This document shows, piece by piece, positions 48,537-57,844 of a stretch of DNA of 64,000 bases (positions are counted from its first letter, which is position 1; every line of letters starts with the position of its first letter). Origin of the DNA: Deltaproteobacteria bacterium (GTDB lineage: Bacteria; UBA10199; JACPAL01; GCA-016699445). Made by a program: the position numbers and the translations under genes. Below the pieces are notes generated by a model. That model made no database searches. It saw nothing but the letters and a program-made list of their open reading frames with translations, and was not told the DNA's origin. The stretch covers positions 1,618,952-1,682,951 of the forward strand of contig CP064976.1 in NCBI GenBank assembly GCA_016699445.1. The letters are read 5' to 3'.

Positions 48537-51446
48537 ATGAAAAAACTTAAACTTGTTTTCATGCTGCTGGCTTTTCTTTTTTCACAGAAACTCTCTGCAG
48601 CCACTTACGATCCCAAGCTCGTCTGGCGCACGGTGACGACCGATCATTTTCATATCCATTATTATCAAGGAGAAGAAATGGTCCTGAAAAAGATCGTTCC
48701 GATGGTGGAAGAGGTTTATCAGGAGCTCACCAAACGTTGGGATTGCTATCCTTGGGGGCGGACGGAAGTTGTGGTCACGGATAATTATGATCAGGCCAAC
48801 GGACTCACCGAAATTGTTCCTTACAATCTCATCGTGCTGCGCCTGGTGCCTCCGACGGCGGATTCGTCGTTGGCGGATGTCGATGATTGGATGCGCGGGC
48901 TTTTTACTCATGAGTTTACCCATGTCCTTCATCTGACGGATACGCGCTATCCAGCGCGGTTGTTGAAATTTCTTTTTGGAAGCATGGTCGCTCCCAATGC
49001 CTTGACGCCTGGTTGGGTGATTGAGGGTTTGCCGACCTATTTTGAAACCAAAGAAGGGCATGGAGGGCGTGGCCATTCGGCGTATGCCGACATGCTTCTG
49101 CGTACGGATATTCTGAAAAATCAATTTCTGAAAATAGACGAGATGCCGGGGAGTCAATACGACTGGCCTGCGTGGCAAGCCCAATATCTCTATGGTGTGG
49201 GTTTTTGGAATGAGCTTTCTGCAAAATATGGCGAAGAGTCCGTTATGAAATTTAGCCATAAATACGGCGCGTCTTTATGGTTTTTTTCTCTCAACAATAA
49301 ATCCAAAAGGTCTTTTAAGGATCAAAACGGAAAAGGAAAAAGTTTTTATTCCCTCTGGAAAGATTGGAAAGGGAATTTGGATTTAAAATATGGGGCTCTT
49401 AAAAAAGAATTAGAAGCGGAAGGTCTTAAAGAAGGTGAGGCTTATCTGACGCCTCAAAAAGGCGAGAGTTTTACCCAGCCTGTTTTTTCTCCTGATCGAC
49501 AGGCTCTTGTTTATATCGCCAATTCTGTCGATCATCCTATCCAATTGCGCTTGCGAGATTTGAAAAGTGGGAAAGAGAAAATTCTCCTGACCAAAAAAGA
49601 AATTCAGCAGATGAGTTTTTCTCCAGACGGAAAAAAACTGATTTATTCGGCTTATGGAAATTTTAAAAGATATTACAATGTCGCCGATCTTTATGAGCTG
49701 GATCTAGAAACTTTAAAATCAACACAGCTCACCCAAGGCAAACGCGCTCGTGATCCGGATGTCTCTCCCGATGGGAAAAAGATTATAGCGGTCGTTCAAG
49801 ATACGGGGGGAGCGACGCTGGCTATTTTTGATCGTGAAACAAAAGAGTGGAAAACTGTTTTGAATGTTGAACAAGCCAACTTCCCTCGTTGGGTGAACGA
49901 TCAGGATGTGGTCGTCATGCTTCATCAAAAGTCAGATCTTCAAGATCGAAAAAGTTGGAATCTTTTTTTAGTGCGCACAGACACAGGGGCTCTCCAAGCA
50001 TTGACTCAGGATGGTATCGTTCAAAGCCGACCAGTCGTGGATCGTGATCAGGAGAGGGTTTACTTTTCTGCAGACAGAAAAGGGATTTTTAATGTGTATG
50101 CGTTTGATTTGAAAACGGGTGAGGAAGAAAAGATTACCAATGTCACCAGCGGAGCTTTTGCTCCTGCGTTGCCTCAGGATGGTAAGATTGTTTTTCAGTA
50201 TTATGATGGAAAAGGGTATGAGTTAAGATCCGTAGGGGCGCCATTGATGGCGCCCAGCAATCATGACGTTTTGCATCCGGTTGTTGTGGAAAATGGGGAG
50301 GTTTCTGGGCGTGATGAATCACACCCCTACGATTCTCGTCATTATAGTCCTTGGAAAAAGCTTCTAGTGCCACGTACTCTTTTCCCAAACTTGGCTGTCA
50401 TCGACGGATCATTTTTTCTTTCCGGAACCCTCATCAACAACGATCCCCTCAATCGCCATCTTTGGTTTGCGGATGTGAACTATCGCAGCGACAATAAGTT
50501 TTTGGGTTATGGTGCAGGGTATACGTATAATCGTTATCGCACTCCTGTGAGTCTTGGTTTTGTTGATTACTCGGTGAATTATGGAAATATTTACGGAGCG
50601 GGTTTTGATTATTTTGAAGAGCGTCGGAGAGGGTTTGTCGGCATTGGATATCCTTGGAAATCAAACCGATTGTCTCTCAACTATTTTTTCGAAAATAGGA
50701 CGACCCAATCAGGGCTTCCTTCAGGAGCGGCGGCGCCCACACTAGGTCGCTATGCGGGTTTTGTCGCTCAATACACCTATCGCAAAACATCGTCGACATT
50801 AGCGTCTATCAGCACAGAGACAGGGAGTCGTGTGACGGTCAACTTTGAAGGGACGGACCATCATTTAGGTTCTTCTCACGATTTGGAGCAGTATGTCGCT
50901 TGGGGCGATGCACGTACGTATGTGGAAATGCCTTATGCGAAACATCATGTGATCGCCTGGAGAGCTGCGGGTGGCGCGGCGTTTGGTGATCAACTCTTTC
51001 AGGGGAATTTTGGTTTGGGGGGAGCGTTGGGTGAGAGTCCTTTTACGGGAACGACCACAAGACTCTTCACGCTGAGAGGTTTGCCGCTTTCGACATTTTC
51101 CCGAGATCGGGTGTGGGTGACTTCTTTAGAATATCGACTTCCTTTAGTGAGTATTCAACGCGGTTTGGGCACACTTCCTTTTGCGATCAATCAAGCGCAT
51201 TTCGCTTTTTTTGCCGATATGGGGGATGCGATGCGACGCAGCAATACACAGTTTAAGCCTCTCTTGGGCGTGGGCGCCGAGCTGCGCGCGGACTTCATTT
51301 TAAGCTGGCACCCGCCTGTCACGGGCAGATTAGGATACGGTGTCATCGTGACCAACCGCGATCGTATCACGGGCGCCAAAGACGATCTGACGGGCGCGGA
51401 TGCGAGAAATGGTGTGGTCGTGATGGAATTGGGAACGTCGTTTTAA
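48537..51446 (+). CDS. Outer-membrane multidomain protein: signal peptide, HExxH zincin-like metallopeptidase domain, TolB-like beta-propeller and Omp85-family C-terminal beta-barrel
   Basis: The signal is MKKLKLVFMLLAFLFSQKLSA. The motif FTHEFTHVLH (HExxH) is followed by repeated SPDGKK(L/I)I.. blades. The C-terminal ..LGVGAELRADFILSWHPP..GYGVIV..NGVVVMELGTSF ends in Phe like bacterial-surface-antigen barrels. Confidence 0.55.
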   Translation: MKKLKLVFMLLAFLFSQKLSAATYDPKLVWRTVTTDHFHIHYYQGEEMVLKKIVPMVEEVYQELTKRWDCYPWGRTEVVVTDNYDQANGLTEIVPYNLIVLRLVPPTADSSLADVDDWMRGLFTHEFTHVLHLTDTRYPARLLKFLFGSMVAPNALTPGWVIEGLPTYFETKEGHGGRGHSAYADMLLRTDILKNQFLKIDEMPGSQYDWPAWQAQYLYGVGFWNELSAKYGEESVMKFSHKYGASLWFFSLNNKSKRSFKDQNGKGKSFYSLWKDWKGNLDLKYGALKKELEAEGLKEGEAYLTPQKGESFTQPVFSPDRQALVYIANSVDHPIQLRLRDLKSGKEKILLTKKEIQQMSFSPDGKKLIYSAYGNFKRYYNVADLYELDLETLKSTQLTQGKRARDPDVSPDGKKIIAVVQDTGGATLAIFDRETKEWKTVLNVEQANFPRWVNDQDVVVMLHQKSDLQDRKSWNLFLVRTDTGALQALTQDGIVQSRPVVDRDQERVYFSADRKGIFNVYAFDLKTGEEEKITNVTSGAFAPALPQDGKIVFQYYDGKGYELRSVGAPLMAPSNHDVLHPVVVENGEVSGRDESHPYDSRHYSPWKKLLVPRTLFPNLAVIDGSFFLSGTLINNDPLNRHLWFADVNYRSDNKFLGYGAGYTYNRYRTPVSLGFVDYSVNYGNIYGAGFDYFEERRRGFVGIGYPWKSNRLSLNYFFENRTTQSGLPSGAAAPTLGRYAGFVAQYTYRKTSSTLASISTETGSRVTVNFEGTDHHLGSSHDLEQYVAWGDARTYVEMPYAKHHVIAWRAAGGAAFGDQLFQGNFGLGGALGESPFTGTTTRLFTLRGLPLSTFSRDRVWVTSLEYRLPLVSIQRGLGTLPFAINQAHFAFFADMGDAMRRSNTQFKPLLGVGAELRADFILSWHPPVTGRLGYGVIVTNRDRITGAKDDLTGADARNGVVVMELGTSF

Positions 51447-51528
51447 TGTATAATATCATTCAATTTGAGAAATTTCTTGGTTGTTTTGTAAAAACTAGAT
51501 AGAATTTCATAGTTTACAAATTAATCTC

Positions 51529-51987
51529 ATGAGTCCGGGGGGAACTGTGAGTGACTGGAAAGTTTTACTCGTTGATGACGAAAAAGATTTTTGGGAAGAT
51601 CTCTATGATCGTCTATCCGTTGTCTTCGGAAAGATGAATGTTCTGATTGCTTCTTCCGGTGAAGAGGCTCTTCAAATTCTCAAAAATCAACCTATTGGTG
51701 TGATCCTTTCGGATCAACGCATGCCAGGTGTTTCGGGTCATGAATTATTAGAAGAAGTCTCACGACGTTGGCCTGATGTTGTGCGAATACTTCTGACAGC
51801 ATTTCCTGATATCAGATCTGCCAAAGACTCTGTGAATAAAGGTGAAATTTATCAGTATGTTTCAAAAAGCACATCTTTGTCGGAAATTGAATCTTTAGTG
51901 AAAAGTGGTTTGCAGAAGTTTGAGTCGGATGAAAAGACGTCAGCTTTTGAAGGAAAAACAGGAGTTTTTGAAAAAGCTTTATATTGA
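51529..51987 (+). CDS. Response-regulator receiver domain, probably the N-terminal part of a REC-PP2C protein
   Basis: The receiver motif is VLLVDDEKD..LSDQRMPGVSGHEL. Its 3' end overlaps the PP2C ORF in another frame. Confidence 0.6.
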   Translation: MSPGGTVSDWKVLLVDDEKDFWEDLYDRLSVVFGKMNVLIASSGEEALQILKNQPIGVILSDQRMPGVSGHELLEEVSRRWPDVVRILLTAFPDIRSAKDSVNKGEIYQYVSKSTSLSEIESLVKSGLQKFESDEKTSAFEGKTGVFEKALY

Positions 51988-52687
51988 AGAGCATCTTCTT
52001 CCAGAATCGACTCCCAAAATACCCGGCCTCTATTTCGATTCTTACTATCAATCGGCTCAGGAAGTCGGAGGCGATTATTTTGATTTTATCGAAATTGATG
52101 AACGTTATTTAGGTATTGTGGTGGCAGATGTTTCGGGAAAAGGGTTGGAGAGTTCGATGTTGATGTCGATTGTCTGTCATGCCTTGAGGTCTCAGGCAGG
52201 ATTGAGTTTGTCTCCTCGAGAGGTCATTGATGAGACTGAAGGTCTTCTTCTTCCCAAGCTTGGACAAAATCACTTTGTCACACTTTTTTATGCAATTTTG
52301 GATCGCAAGAAGATGACACTCAAGTGTTCTAATGCTGGTCATCCTCCATTGCTCGTTGGAAACCGTATAACAGGAAAAACTCATTGGGTTCGGCCCAAGG
52401 GTGTGGCTTTGGGGCTTAGTCGTTTTCAAAGAATTACTGTCAGGGAAGAGTGTGAGGTTTCACTAAATCCAGGAGATTTTCTTTTTTTCTATACAGATGG
52501 TGTGACGGAAGCTCGTAATAGCGATGATGATTGTTTTGGTCGTAAACGTTTGGAAACATTTTTCTCCGAAACTTCCCGAGAGAAAATTCAAATCATTCAT
52601 GAGTTAAAAACAGAATTAGAAAATTTTGCAGAAGGTGCCCCACAGCAAGATGACGTGACGGCGGTCTATCTAGAAAGGTGTGCGTAG
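51929..52687 (+). CDS. PP2C/SpoIIE-family Ser phosphatase (RsbU/RsbP-like)
   Basis: The motifs EVGGDYFDF, VADVSGKGL, FYTDGVTEA and DDVTAVYL are present. It may be fused to the upstream receiver through a frameshift. Confidence 0.7.
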   Translation: MKRRQLLKEKQEFLKKLYIEEHLLPESTPKIPGLYFDSYYQSAQEVGGDYFDFIEIDERYLGIVVADVSGKGLESSMLMSIVCHALRSQAGLSLSPREVIDETEGLLLPKLGQNHFVTLFYAILDRKKMTLKCSNAGHPPLLVGNRITGKTHWVRPKGVALGLSRFQRITVREECEVSLNPGDFLFFYTDGVTEARNSDDDCFGRKRLETFFSETSREKIQIIHELKTELENFAEGAPQQDDVTAVYLERCA

Positions 52688-53051
52688 TATGTCTCATTTT
52701 GATGTCGAAGTTTTGTTTTCCGAAAATCAACCAAGTAAAGCTGTCTTGCGATTGGTTGGGAGTCTAGATGCATTTGCTCTTTCTCAGATTGAAAAGCGTA
52801 TCCAAACATTGATCCGTGATGAACAAAAAATAAAACTCGTCGTGGATTGCGGAAAACTCAAATTTATTTCTAGCCCCGGCTTAGGGCTTTTTTTGGGAAC
52901 TTTGAATGAGTTGGAAAAACGTGGTGGAAAATTAATTTTTTCCCAAGTCATCCACCCTGATGTGAATGATGCAATGAGCTGTCTGGGTTTTTTTGATATT
53001 TTTCAGGCTTATAACTCTGAAGAGGAAGCGTATCGACATTTGGATGATTAA
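52680..53051 (+). CDS. STAS-domain anti-sigma-factor antagonist (RsbV/SpoIIAA-like)
   Basis: A 123-aa protein with the phosphorylatable Ser region (FISSPGLGLF). Confidence 0.75.
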   Translation: MRSMSHFDVEVLFSENQPSKAVLRLVGSLDAFALSQIEKRIQTLIRDEQKIKLVVDCGKLKFISSPGLGLFLGTLNELEKRGGKLIFSQVIHPDVNDAMSCLGFFDIFQAYNSEEEAYRHLDD

Positions 53052-54047
53052 ATGATGAATACCGAACAAAATTACCCTGAAGAAATGAAGATTTTTTGCG
53101 ACACAGAGTGTCTCGAAAAAGTACGAGATTTTGTTCGCTCTCAGGCGATAGCTGCGGGTCTTCCTCAAAAAGAAATTGGAAAACTAGTTTTAGCGGCGGA
53201 TGAAGCTTCCTCCAACATTGTCAAACATGCCTACCGCTTTCAATCAGGACATAATATTTATGTCAGTTGGAAAGAAAATAACAATCAGGCTGTGATTGAG
53301 ATACGAGATGAGAGCGATCAGCCGTATTTACCTGAAGGTTCTGATTTTGATCTGGATACTAAGCTTAAGTACCGACATGTGAGTGGTTATGGGCATTATA
53401 TGCTCGATCAACTGGTAGATGATGTTCATTATGAAACAACTCCTGGCTCGCATAATAAGATCAGTCTGATTAAGTTTTTAAATCCTGATGCGGCACCTAA
53501 GGAAAAACCCAAAAAGAAAGATGCTAAAAAGCAGCTGGCTTTTTCTCTCAATGGAGTTTTGTCTTTAGCCAATCATTTGGCACAAGAAAGGCATCCGGAT
53601 ATTTTGGTTAAAATGTATTTGTATGGATTGATGGGATTGTTTTCGTCTTATCCCATTTCTATTTTAATTCCCAAAGGGAAGTCGGAGCCTTTTTATATGG
53701 CAGGGCAAGTGGGGCTTTCGAGTAAGATTTTGCCCAGTGAGATTCATATCCCACGTTATGGATGGCTTCCGGAGCGGTTGAGAATTGGTAAAGGGCCTTT
53801 GCTGGCGCACAGTCTCAAAAGCCAAGGCATTCAAGAAGAAGAAATGTCTGTCATCGATAAGATTCGAGCAGCCTTGGTAGTGCCTGTTTTTTTAAGAGAT
53901 CATCTAACTGCGATTGTGTGCTTGGGCCCCAAAAAGAATAAAGAATGTTTCTCCGAAACTGATGTCAACATCACTCAAATGATTACCGTCCATACTCTTC
54001 TCTTGTGGGAGAGAGCTTTGGAAAAACAGGTGAAGAAAAATCCCTAA
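53052..54047 (+). CDS. RsbW/SpoIIAB-like GHKL Ser kinase (anti-sigma-regulatory factor) fused to a C-terminal GAF-like domain
   Basis: The N-terminal ~150 aa carry an HATPase N-box (LAADEASSNIVKHAY) and G-box (SGYGHYML). The C-terminal ~170 aa resemble GAF (..ALVVPVFLRDHLTAIVCLGPKK..). Confidence 0.6.
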   Translation: MMNTEQNYPEEMKIFCDTECLEKVRDFVRSQAIAAGLPQKEIGKLVLAADEASSNIVKHAYRFQSGHNIYVSWKENNNQAVIEIRDESDQPYLPEGSDFDLDTKLKYRHVSGYGHYMLDQLVDDVHYETTPGSHNKISLIKFLNPDAAPKEKPKKKDAKKQLAFSLNGVLSLANHLAQERHPDILVKMYLYGLMGLFSSYPISILIPKGKSEPFYMAGQVGLSSKILPSEIHIPRYGWLPERLRIGKGPLLAHSLKSQGIQEEEMSVIDKIRAALVVPVFLRDHLTAIVCLGPKKNKECFSETDVNITQMITVHTLLLWERALEKQVKKNP

Positions 54048-54680
54048 TTACTTTGTTGTTTGAAGAGAGTTGAGAAAAGCTTTTATGCCTTCTGATTCTT
54101 CCGGTGTCAGGACGGGCTGGTTGTCATAGCTTGTGACATAGTAGCCTGAAATAAAAAGATGATTGGGTGATACAACGGGTAAATCAAAAGGATTGTTTGG
54201 ATCTTTTTTGGGAGCTGTTTTGATGGCTTTTAATTTATGATCAAACGTGAGGACTGTCAGAGAGCTTTTGCCATCAACCATTTTGCCCGAAATTTCTAGG
54301 CCGTTCCCTTTGATTTGTCCCACAGATGATACTTTTTTTTCATGAGTTGTCTTTTCATCCAATGTTCCCATGACATCGACCTTAGACATTTCTCTTAAAT
54401 CATCATCCGAGACCGTTTCTGTTGTGACAAGAGCGTTAAGGGTAAACTCGATTGCATTTCCAGCATCTGAAGAGTTTGGAATCTTCTTTCTAAAAGAAAG
54501 GGCGCAAGAGTTGGTCTCAGAATCATTTTTTAAAATCCATGATGCCGGGTACTGAAAAGAGACAAAATCATTTTTAAAGCTTTTCATTTTTTTGGTTCCT
54601 GTGTGGGCTCCTGTGTCGGCTCCTATGAGTTGGAATGAGAAGGCTGTCATGAGGGTTAAAAATAAGAAAAATTTTTTCAT
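54048..54680 (-). CDS. Secreted hypothetical protein, 210 aa
   Basis: A signal peptide MKKFFLFLTLMTAFSFQLIGA is present. No other motif was recognised. Confidence 0.4.
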   Translation of the reverse strand: MKKFFLFLTLMTAFSFQLIGADTGAHTGTKKMKSFKNDFVSFQYPASWILKNDSETNSCALSFRKKIPNSSDAGNAIEFTLNALVTTETVSDDDLREMSKVDVMGTLDEKTTHEKKVSSVGQIKGNGLEISGKMVDGKSSLTVLTFDHKLKAIKTAPKKDPNNPFDLPVVSPNHLFISGYYVTSYDNQPVLTPEESEGIKAFLNSLQTTK

Positions 54681-54772
54681 GAGAGTGATTATTTCGTTTA
54701 TGTGAAGTGAGTGTCAATGAGCATCAGAGAAGATTGACAATATTTACTAACCTCCATTACATCCGCCCGCCT

Positions 54773-55936
54773 ATGAATATTACATTAGCCGAGCGCATAA
54801 AAAATCTTCCTCCTTATCTTTTTGCCGAAATTGATCGGTTGAAAGCGGAACAAATTAAAAAAGGTGTCGATGTCATTGATCTTGGAGTGGGTGATCCGGA
54901 TGTCGCAACCCCTAAGCATATTATTCAGGCTTTGCAAAAAGCAGCTGAAGATGCGGCCAATCATCAATATCCTAGCTACACCGGAATGAATAGTTTTCGT
55001 GAAGCGGCTGCAACGTGGATGAAAAATCGTTTTGGTGTGAGCTTAGATCCTGTGAGCGAAGTGGTGTCGTTGATTGGGTCTAAAGAAGGGATTGCTAATT
55101 TTCCTTTAGCTTTTGTGAATCCTGGTGATGTGGTTTTGGTGCCTTCTCCGGGTTATCCTCCTTACCATAGTGGAGCCTTGTTTGCCGGTGGTGTGCCGTA
55201 TCATATGCATTTGAAACGTGAGCTGGGATTTTTGCCGGATCTTGAAGCGATTCCTGCTGACATTGTGGCTCGTGCCAAAGTCATGCATGTGAATTATCCC
55301 AACAATCCTACAGGAGCGATTGCCGGAAAAGATTTTTATGAGCGCGTGATCGCATTTGCCAAAAAACATAACATCATCGTGTGTGCAGATGCGGCTTATG
55401 TGGAACAGTATGATCAGGTAAAACCCATTTCCTTTTTGGAAGTCCCTGGAGCGCGTGACGTGGGGATTGAGTTTCATTCTCTTTCAAAGACCTACAATAT
55501 GACCGGCTGGCGCATTGGTTTTGCGTGTGGCAACAAAGACATCATTGCTGGTCTTGGAAAAGTGAAGACCAATATTGATTCCGGTATTTTTCAAGCGGTG
55601 CAACATGCGGGCATTGCCGCTCTCACCAGCGATCAAGGATGTGTTGATGAGATGCGACAAATTTATCGTCGTCGTCGTCAACTCTTAGTGTCTGGTCTGA
55701 AAAAATTAGGCTGGGATGTGGCTTCCGCCGCTGCTGCTTTTTATGTGTGGGTGGCGGTTCCTAAAGGCAGTGATTCCAAAACATTTGCCAAAAAAGTTTT
55801 AGAAGAAGCGGGTATCGTCATCACTCCAGGAGTGGGCTTTGGTGAAGGTGGAGAAGGGTATGTGCGTTTCGCGCTTACTCGGGATGAAAACCGTCTTCAA
55901 GAAGCTCTTCAACGACTTGAGAAAATTAAGTTTTGA
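54773..55936 (+). CDS. Class I PLP aminotransferase; candidate LL-diaminopimelate aminotransferase (DapL-type)
   Basis: The PLP-Lys motif SKTYNMTGWRIGF and NPTGA are present. The nearby lysA-dapF-dapA-dapB cluster has no dapD/dapE. The start is chosen at MNITLAER. Confidence 0.7.
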   Translation: MNITLAERIKNLPPYLFAEIDRLKAEQIKKGVDVIDLGVGDPDVATPKHIIQALQKAAEDAANHQYPSYTGMNSFREAAATWMKNRFGVSLDPVSEVVSLIGSKEGIANFPLAFVNPGDVVLVPSPGYPPYHSGALFAGGVPYHMHLKRELGFLPDLEAIPADIVARAKVMHVNYPNNPTGAIAGKDFYERVIAFAKKHNIIVCADAAYVEQYDQVKPISFLEVPGARDVGIEFHSLSKTYNMTGWRIGFACGNKDIIAGLGKVKTNIDSGIFQAVQHAGIAALTSDQGCVDEMRQIYRRRRQLLVSGLKKLGWDVASAAAAFYVWVAVPKGSDSKTFAKKVLEEAGIVITPGVGFGEGGEGYVRFALTRDENRLQEALQRLEKIKF

Positions 55937-56400
55937 GTATCTTGAGTTACATGGCTGTTGGTTCTAATCTAGGTGACCGACTTCAGAATATTCAAACTGT
56001 TCAACAAAAACTGAATACTTCCGAGATAAAGGTTCTTCGTACGTCTCCATTTTATGAAACTCAGGCTCTGTGTCGTCCAGATCAGGATTTTATGCCAGAT
56101 TTTCTCAATGGTGTTTTTGAAGTTAAAACTTCTTTGAGTCCTGAAGCTCTTCTAAATGCTATCGAAAAAATTGAAAGAGACATGGGCCGTACTTCAAAAA
56201 GTGATTGGTCGCCACGTGTGATTGATCTCGATATTCTTTTTTATGGAGATCAAATCATTGATACAGCACATCTTCAGATTCCCCACCCTGAAATTCAAAA
56301 TCGTTGGTTTGTATTAAAACCCTTGTCAGATTTGATTCCGGACTTTAAGCACCCACTACTTTTAAAAACCGTTCAACAATTATTGAGTGAACTAACCTAA
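55933..56400 (+). CDS. folK: 2-amino-4-hydroxy-6-hydroxymethyldihydropteridine pyrophosphokinase
   Basis: The motif ERDMGRTSKSDWSPRVIDLDILFYG is present in a 155-aa protein. Confidence 0.8.
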   Translation: MSILSYMAVGSNLGDRLQNIQTVQQKLNTSEIKVLRTSPFYETQALCRPDQDFMPDFLNGVFEVKTSLSPEALLNAIEKIERDMGRTSKSDWSPRVIDLDILFYGDQIIDTAHLQIPHPEIQNRWFVLKPLSDLIPDFKHPLLLKTVQQLLSELT

Positions 56401-56409
56401 GGAGTTTTT

Positions 56410-57054
56410 ATGGAATTTTTTCTAGATACCGCTGACACAAAAGAAATCAAAGAATGTTGGGACATGGGAGTGATTGATGGCGTGACCACCAATCCTTCTC
56501 TCGCAGCTAAAACAGGGCGTAATTATGACGAGACCATTAAGGAAATTGCGACAATTGTCGATGGCCCAATCAGTGCAGAAACGGTGAGTTTAGATTATGA
56601 AGGCATGCTCAAAGAAGCCTATCACTTTGCAAAAATGCACAAGAATATCGTGATCAAAGTCCCTATGACATTGACGGCGATGAAGGTGGTTAAAAAACTT
56701 GCTAGCGAAGGTATTAAAACAAACGTCACCTTACTTTTTAGTCCTAACCAAGCTCTTCTGGCCGCAAAAGCTGGAGCGACTTATGTGAGCCCTTTCGTCG
56801 TACGTTTCGATGATATTTCGGAAGAAGGAATGCTGTTAATCGAACACATCCGCCAGATTTATGACAATTACGAATTCAAAACAAAAATCCTGGTCGCATC
56901 GATTCGCAATCCTATCCACGTCCGTGACTCCGCTTTGATTGGTGCCGATGTTGCGACGATTCCCTACAGTGTTATCAAACAATTGGCCAACCATCCTTTG
57001 ACTGACATTGGTATTGAGAAGTTTTTGAAGGATTGGGAAAAGGTGCCGAAGTAA
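56410..57054 (+). CDS. Short transaldolase / fructose-6-phosphate aldolase family protein
   Basis: A 214-aa protein with [13 protein letters not shown], the Schiff-base Lys region IVIKVPMT and a TIM-barrel pattern. Confidence 0.8.
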   Translation: MEFFLDTADTKEIKECWDMGVIDGVTTNPSLAAKTGRNYDETIKEIATIVDGPISAETVSLDYEGMLKEAYHFAKMHKNIVIKVPMTLTAMKVVKKLASEGIKTNVTLLFSPNQALLAAKAGATYVSPFVVRFDDISEEGMLLIEHIRQIYDNYEFKTKILVASIRNPIHVRDSALIGADVATIPYSVIKQLANHPLTDIGIEKFLKDWEKVPK

Positions 57055-57087
57055 ACTTTACAAAATCCGGTCTTACCCCAATTCCGC

Positions 57088-57112
57088 ACCTCTTTTTGAA
57101 AGAGGTTGTTTT
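57088..57112 (+). terminator. Rho-independent terminator after the transaldolase gene
   Basis: An 8-bp stem ACCTCTTT / AAAGAGGT with a 3-nt loop is followed by TGTTTTAATT. Confidence 0.55.
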
Positions 57113-57131
57113 AATTGGTGTAAAATAATTT

Positions 57132-57207
57132 TGTCATGGCGAGCGAAGCGTGGCCATCTCCCGCGATAAAACGTGAGATCGCCACGCCCTTCGGGCTCGC
57201 GATGACA
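57132..57207. repeat. Imperfect palindromic intergenic element, copy 3 of 3 (76 bp)
   Basis: It has the same arms as copies 1 and 2 and lies between convergent genes. Confidence 0.8.
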
Positions 57208-57238
57208 CTCAGGAAAAATCAACTGCGGAATTTTGGTC

Positions 57239-57844
57239 TTATTTGAAAATCGATCTCATCTCAGCATCGACATTCAGTAATCTTGTTGAATTTAATTCAG
57301 GATGAGGGTGTCGACTTAATCTCAAAGTATTATTACTTTCTAAGTAAGGTGCTAATCCGGCAATTTCATGAAACGCTGAGTATAATTGCTGAAAAACGAA
57401 TGTTATAAATGAGACGCTTCCACCTCCATCTTCGCTAATCTGATTGGATGGCATCTCCCCAAAAAGTTGAAATGTTAGGCTTTCAGACTGAGGGGTATTT
57501 AAAGAAGGCGCCAGATCAAAAAAAACTCGGACTCCACACTCAAGATTTGGATAAGAAGCTAAATCCATTGTGATGCGAGGTCCTTGTGATGTTTCTTCAA
57601 CTTTTGGATTCTCAAATTTTTTTGAAGGGTAGAAGCCTTGAAATTCCTTTCTTACAGTCAGTAAGACTTTTAGGACTTCAGTGCATCTTCGACTTAAATC
57701 TTCAGTTGTTGTGACACCTTCTGTGATACCTTCTATGATATCAAGCTTCACACACCCCGATGCAGGTTCATGCACGGGGTGCGGATCGAGATTTCGAAAA
57801 GCCAGACTTTCAAACTGACTGTACTCCAGAGGTCTTGGTATCAT
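57239..57844 (-). CDS. Hypothetical 201-aa protein translationally coupled to the S8 protease array
   Basis: The start codon overlaps the stop of protease A (TAATG). There is no signal peptide and no recognised motif. Confidence 0.4.
   Translation of the reverse strand: MIPRPLEYSQFESLAFRNLDPHPVHEPASGCVKLDIIEGITEGVTTTEDLSRRCTEVLKVLLTVRKEFQGFYPSKKFENPKVEETSQGPRITMDLASYPNLECGVRVFFDLAPSLNTPQSESLTFQLFGEMPSNQISEDGGGSVSFITFVFQQLYSAFHEIAGLAPYLESNNTLRLSRHPHPELNSTRLLNVDAEMRSIFK

Noticed and set aside
48582-49259. Long antisense ORFs inside large genes. Examples are 225 aa at 48582-49259, 184 aa at 32366-32920, 174 aa at 14591-15115 and 163 aa at 33923-34414
   Set aside because: They are embedded opposite well-supported genes (the OMP, flotillin, nfu/cstA and tolB) and have no motifs. 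They are typical spurious reading frames.
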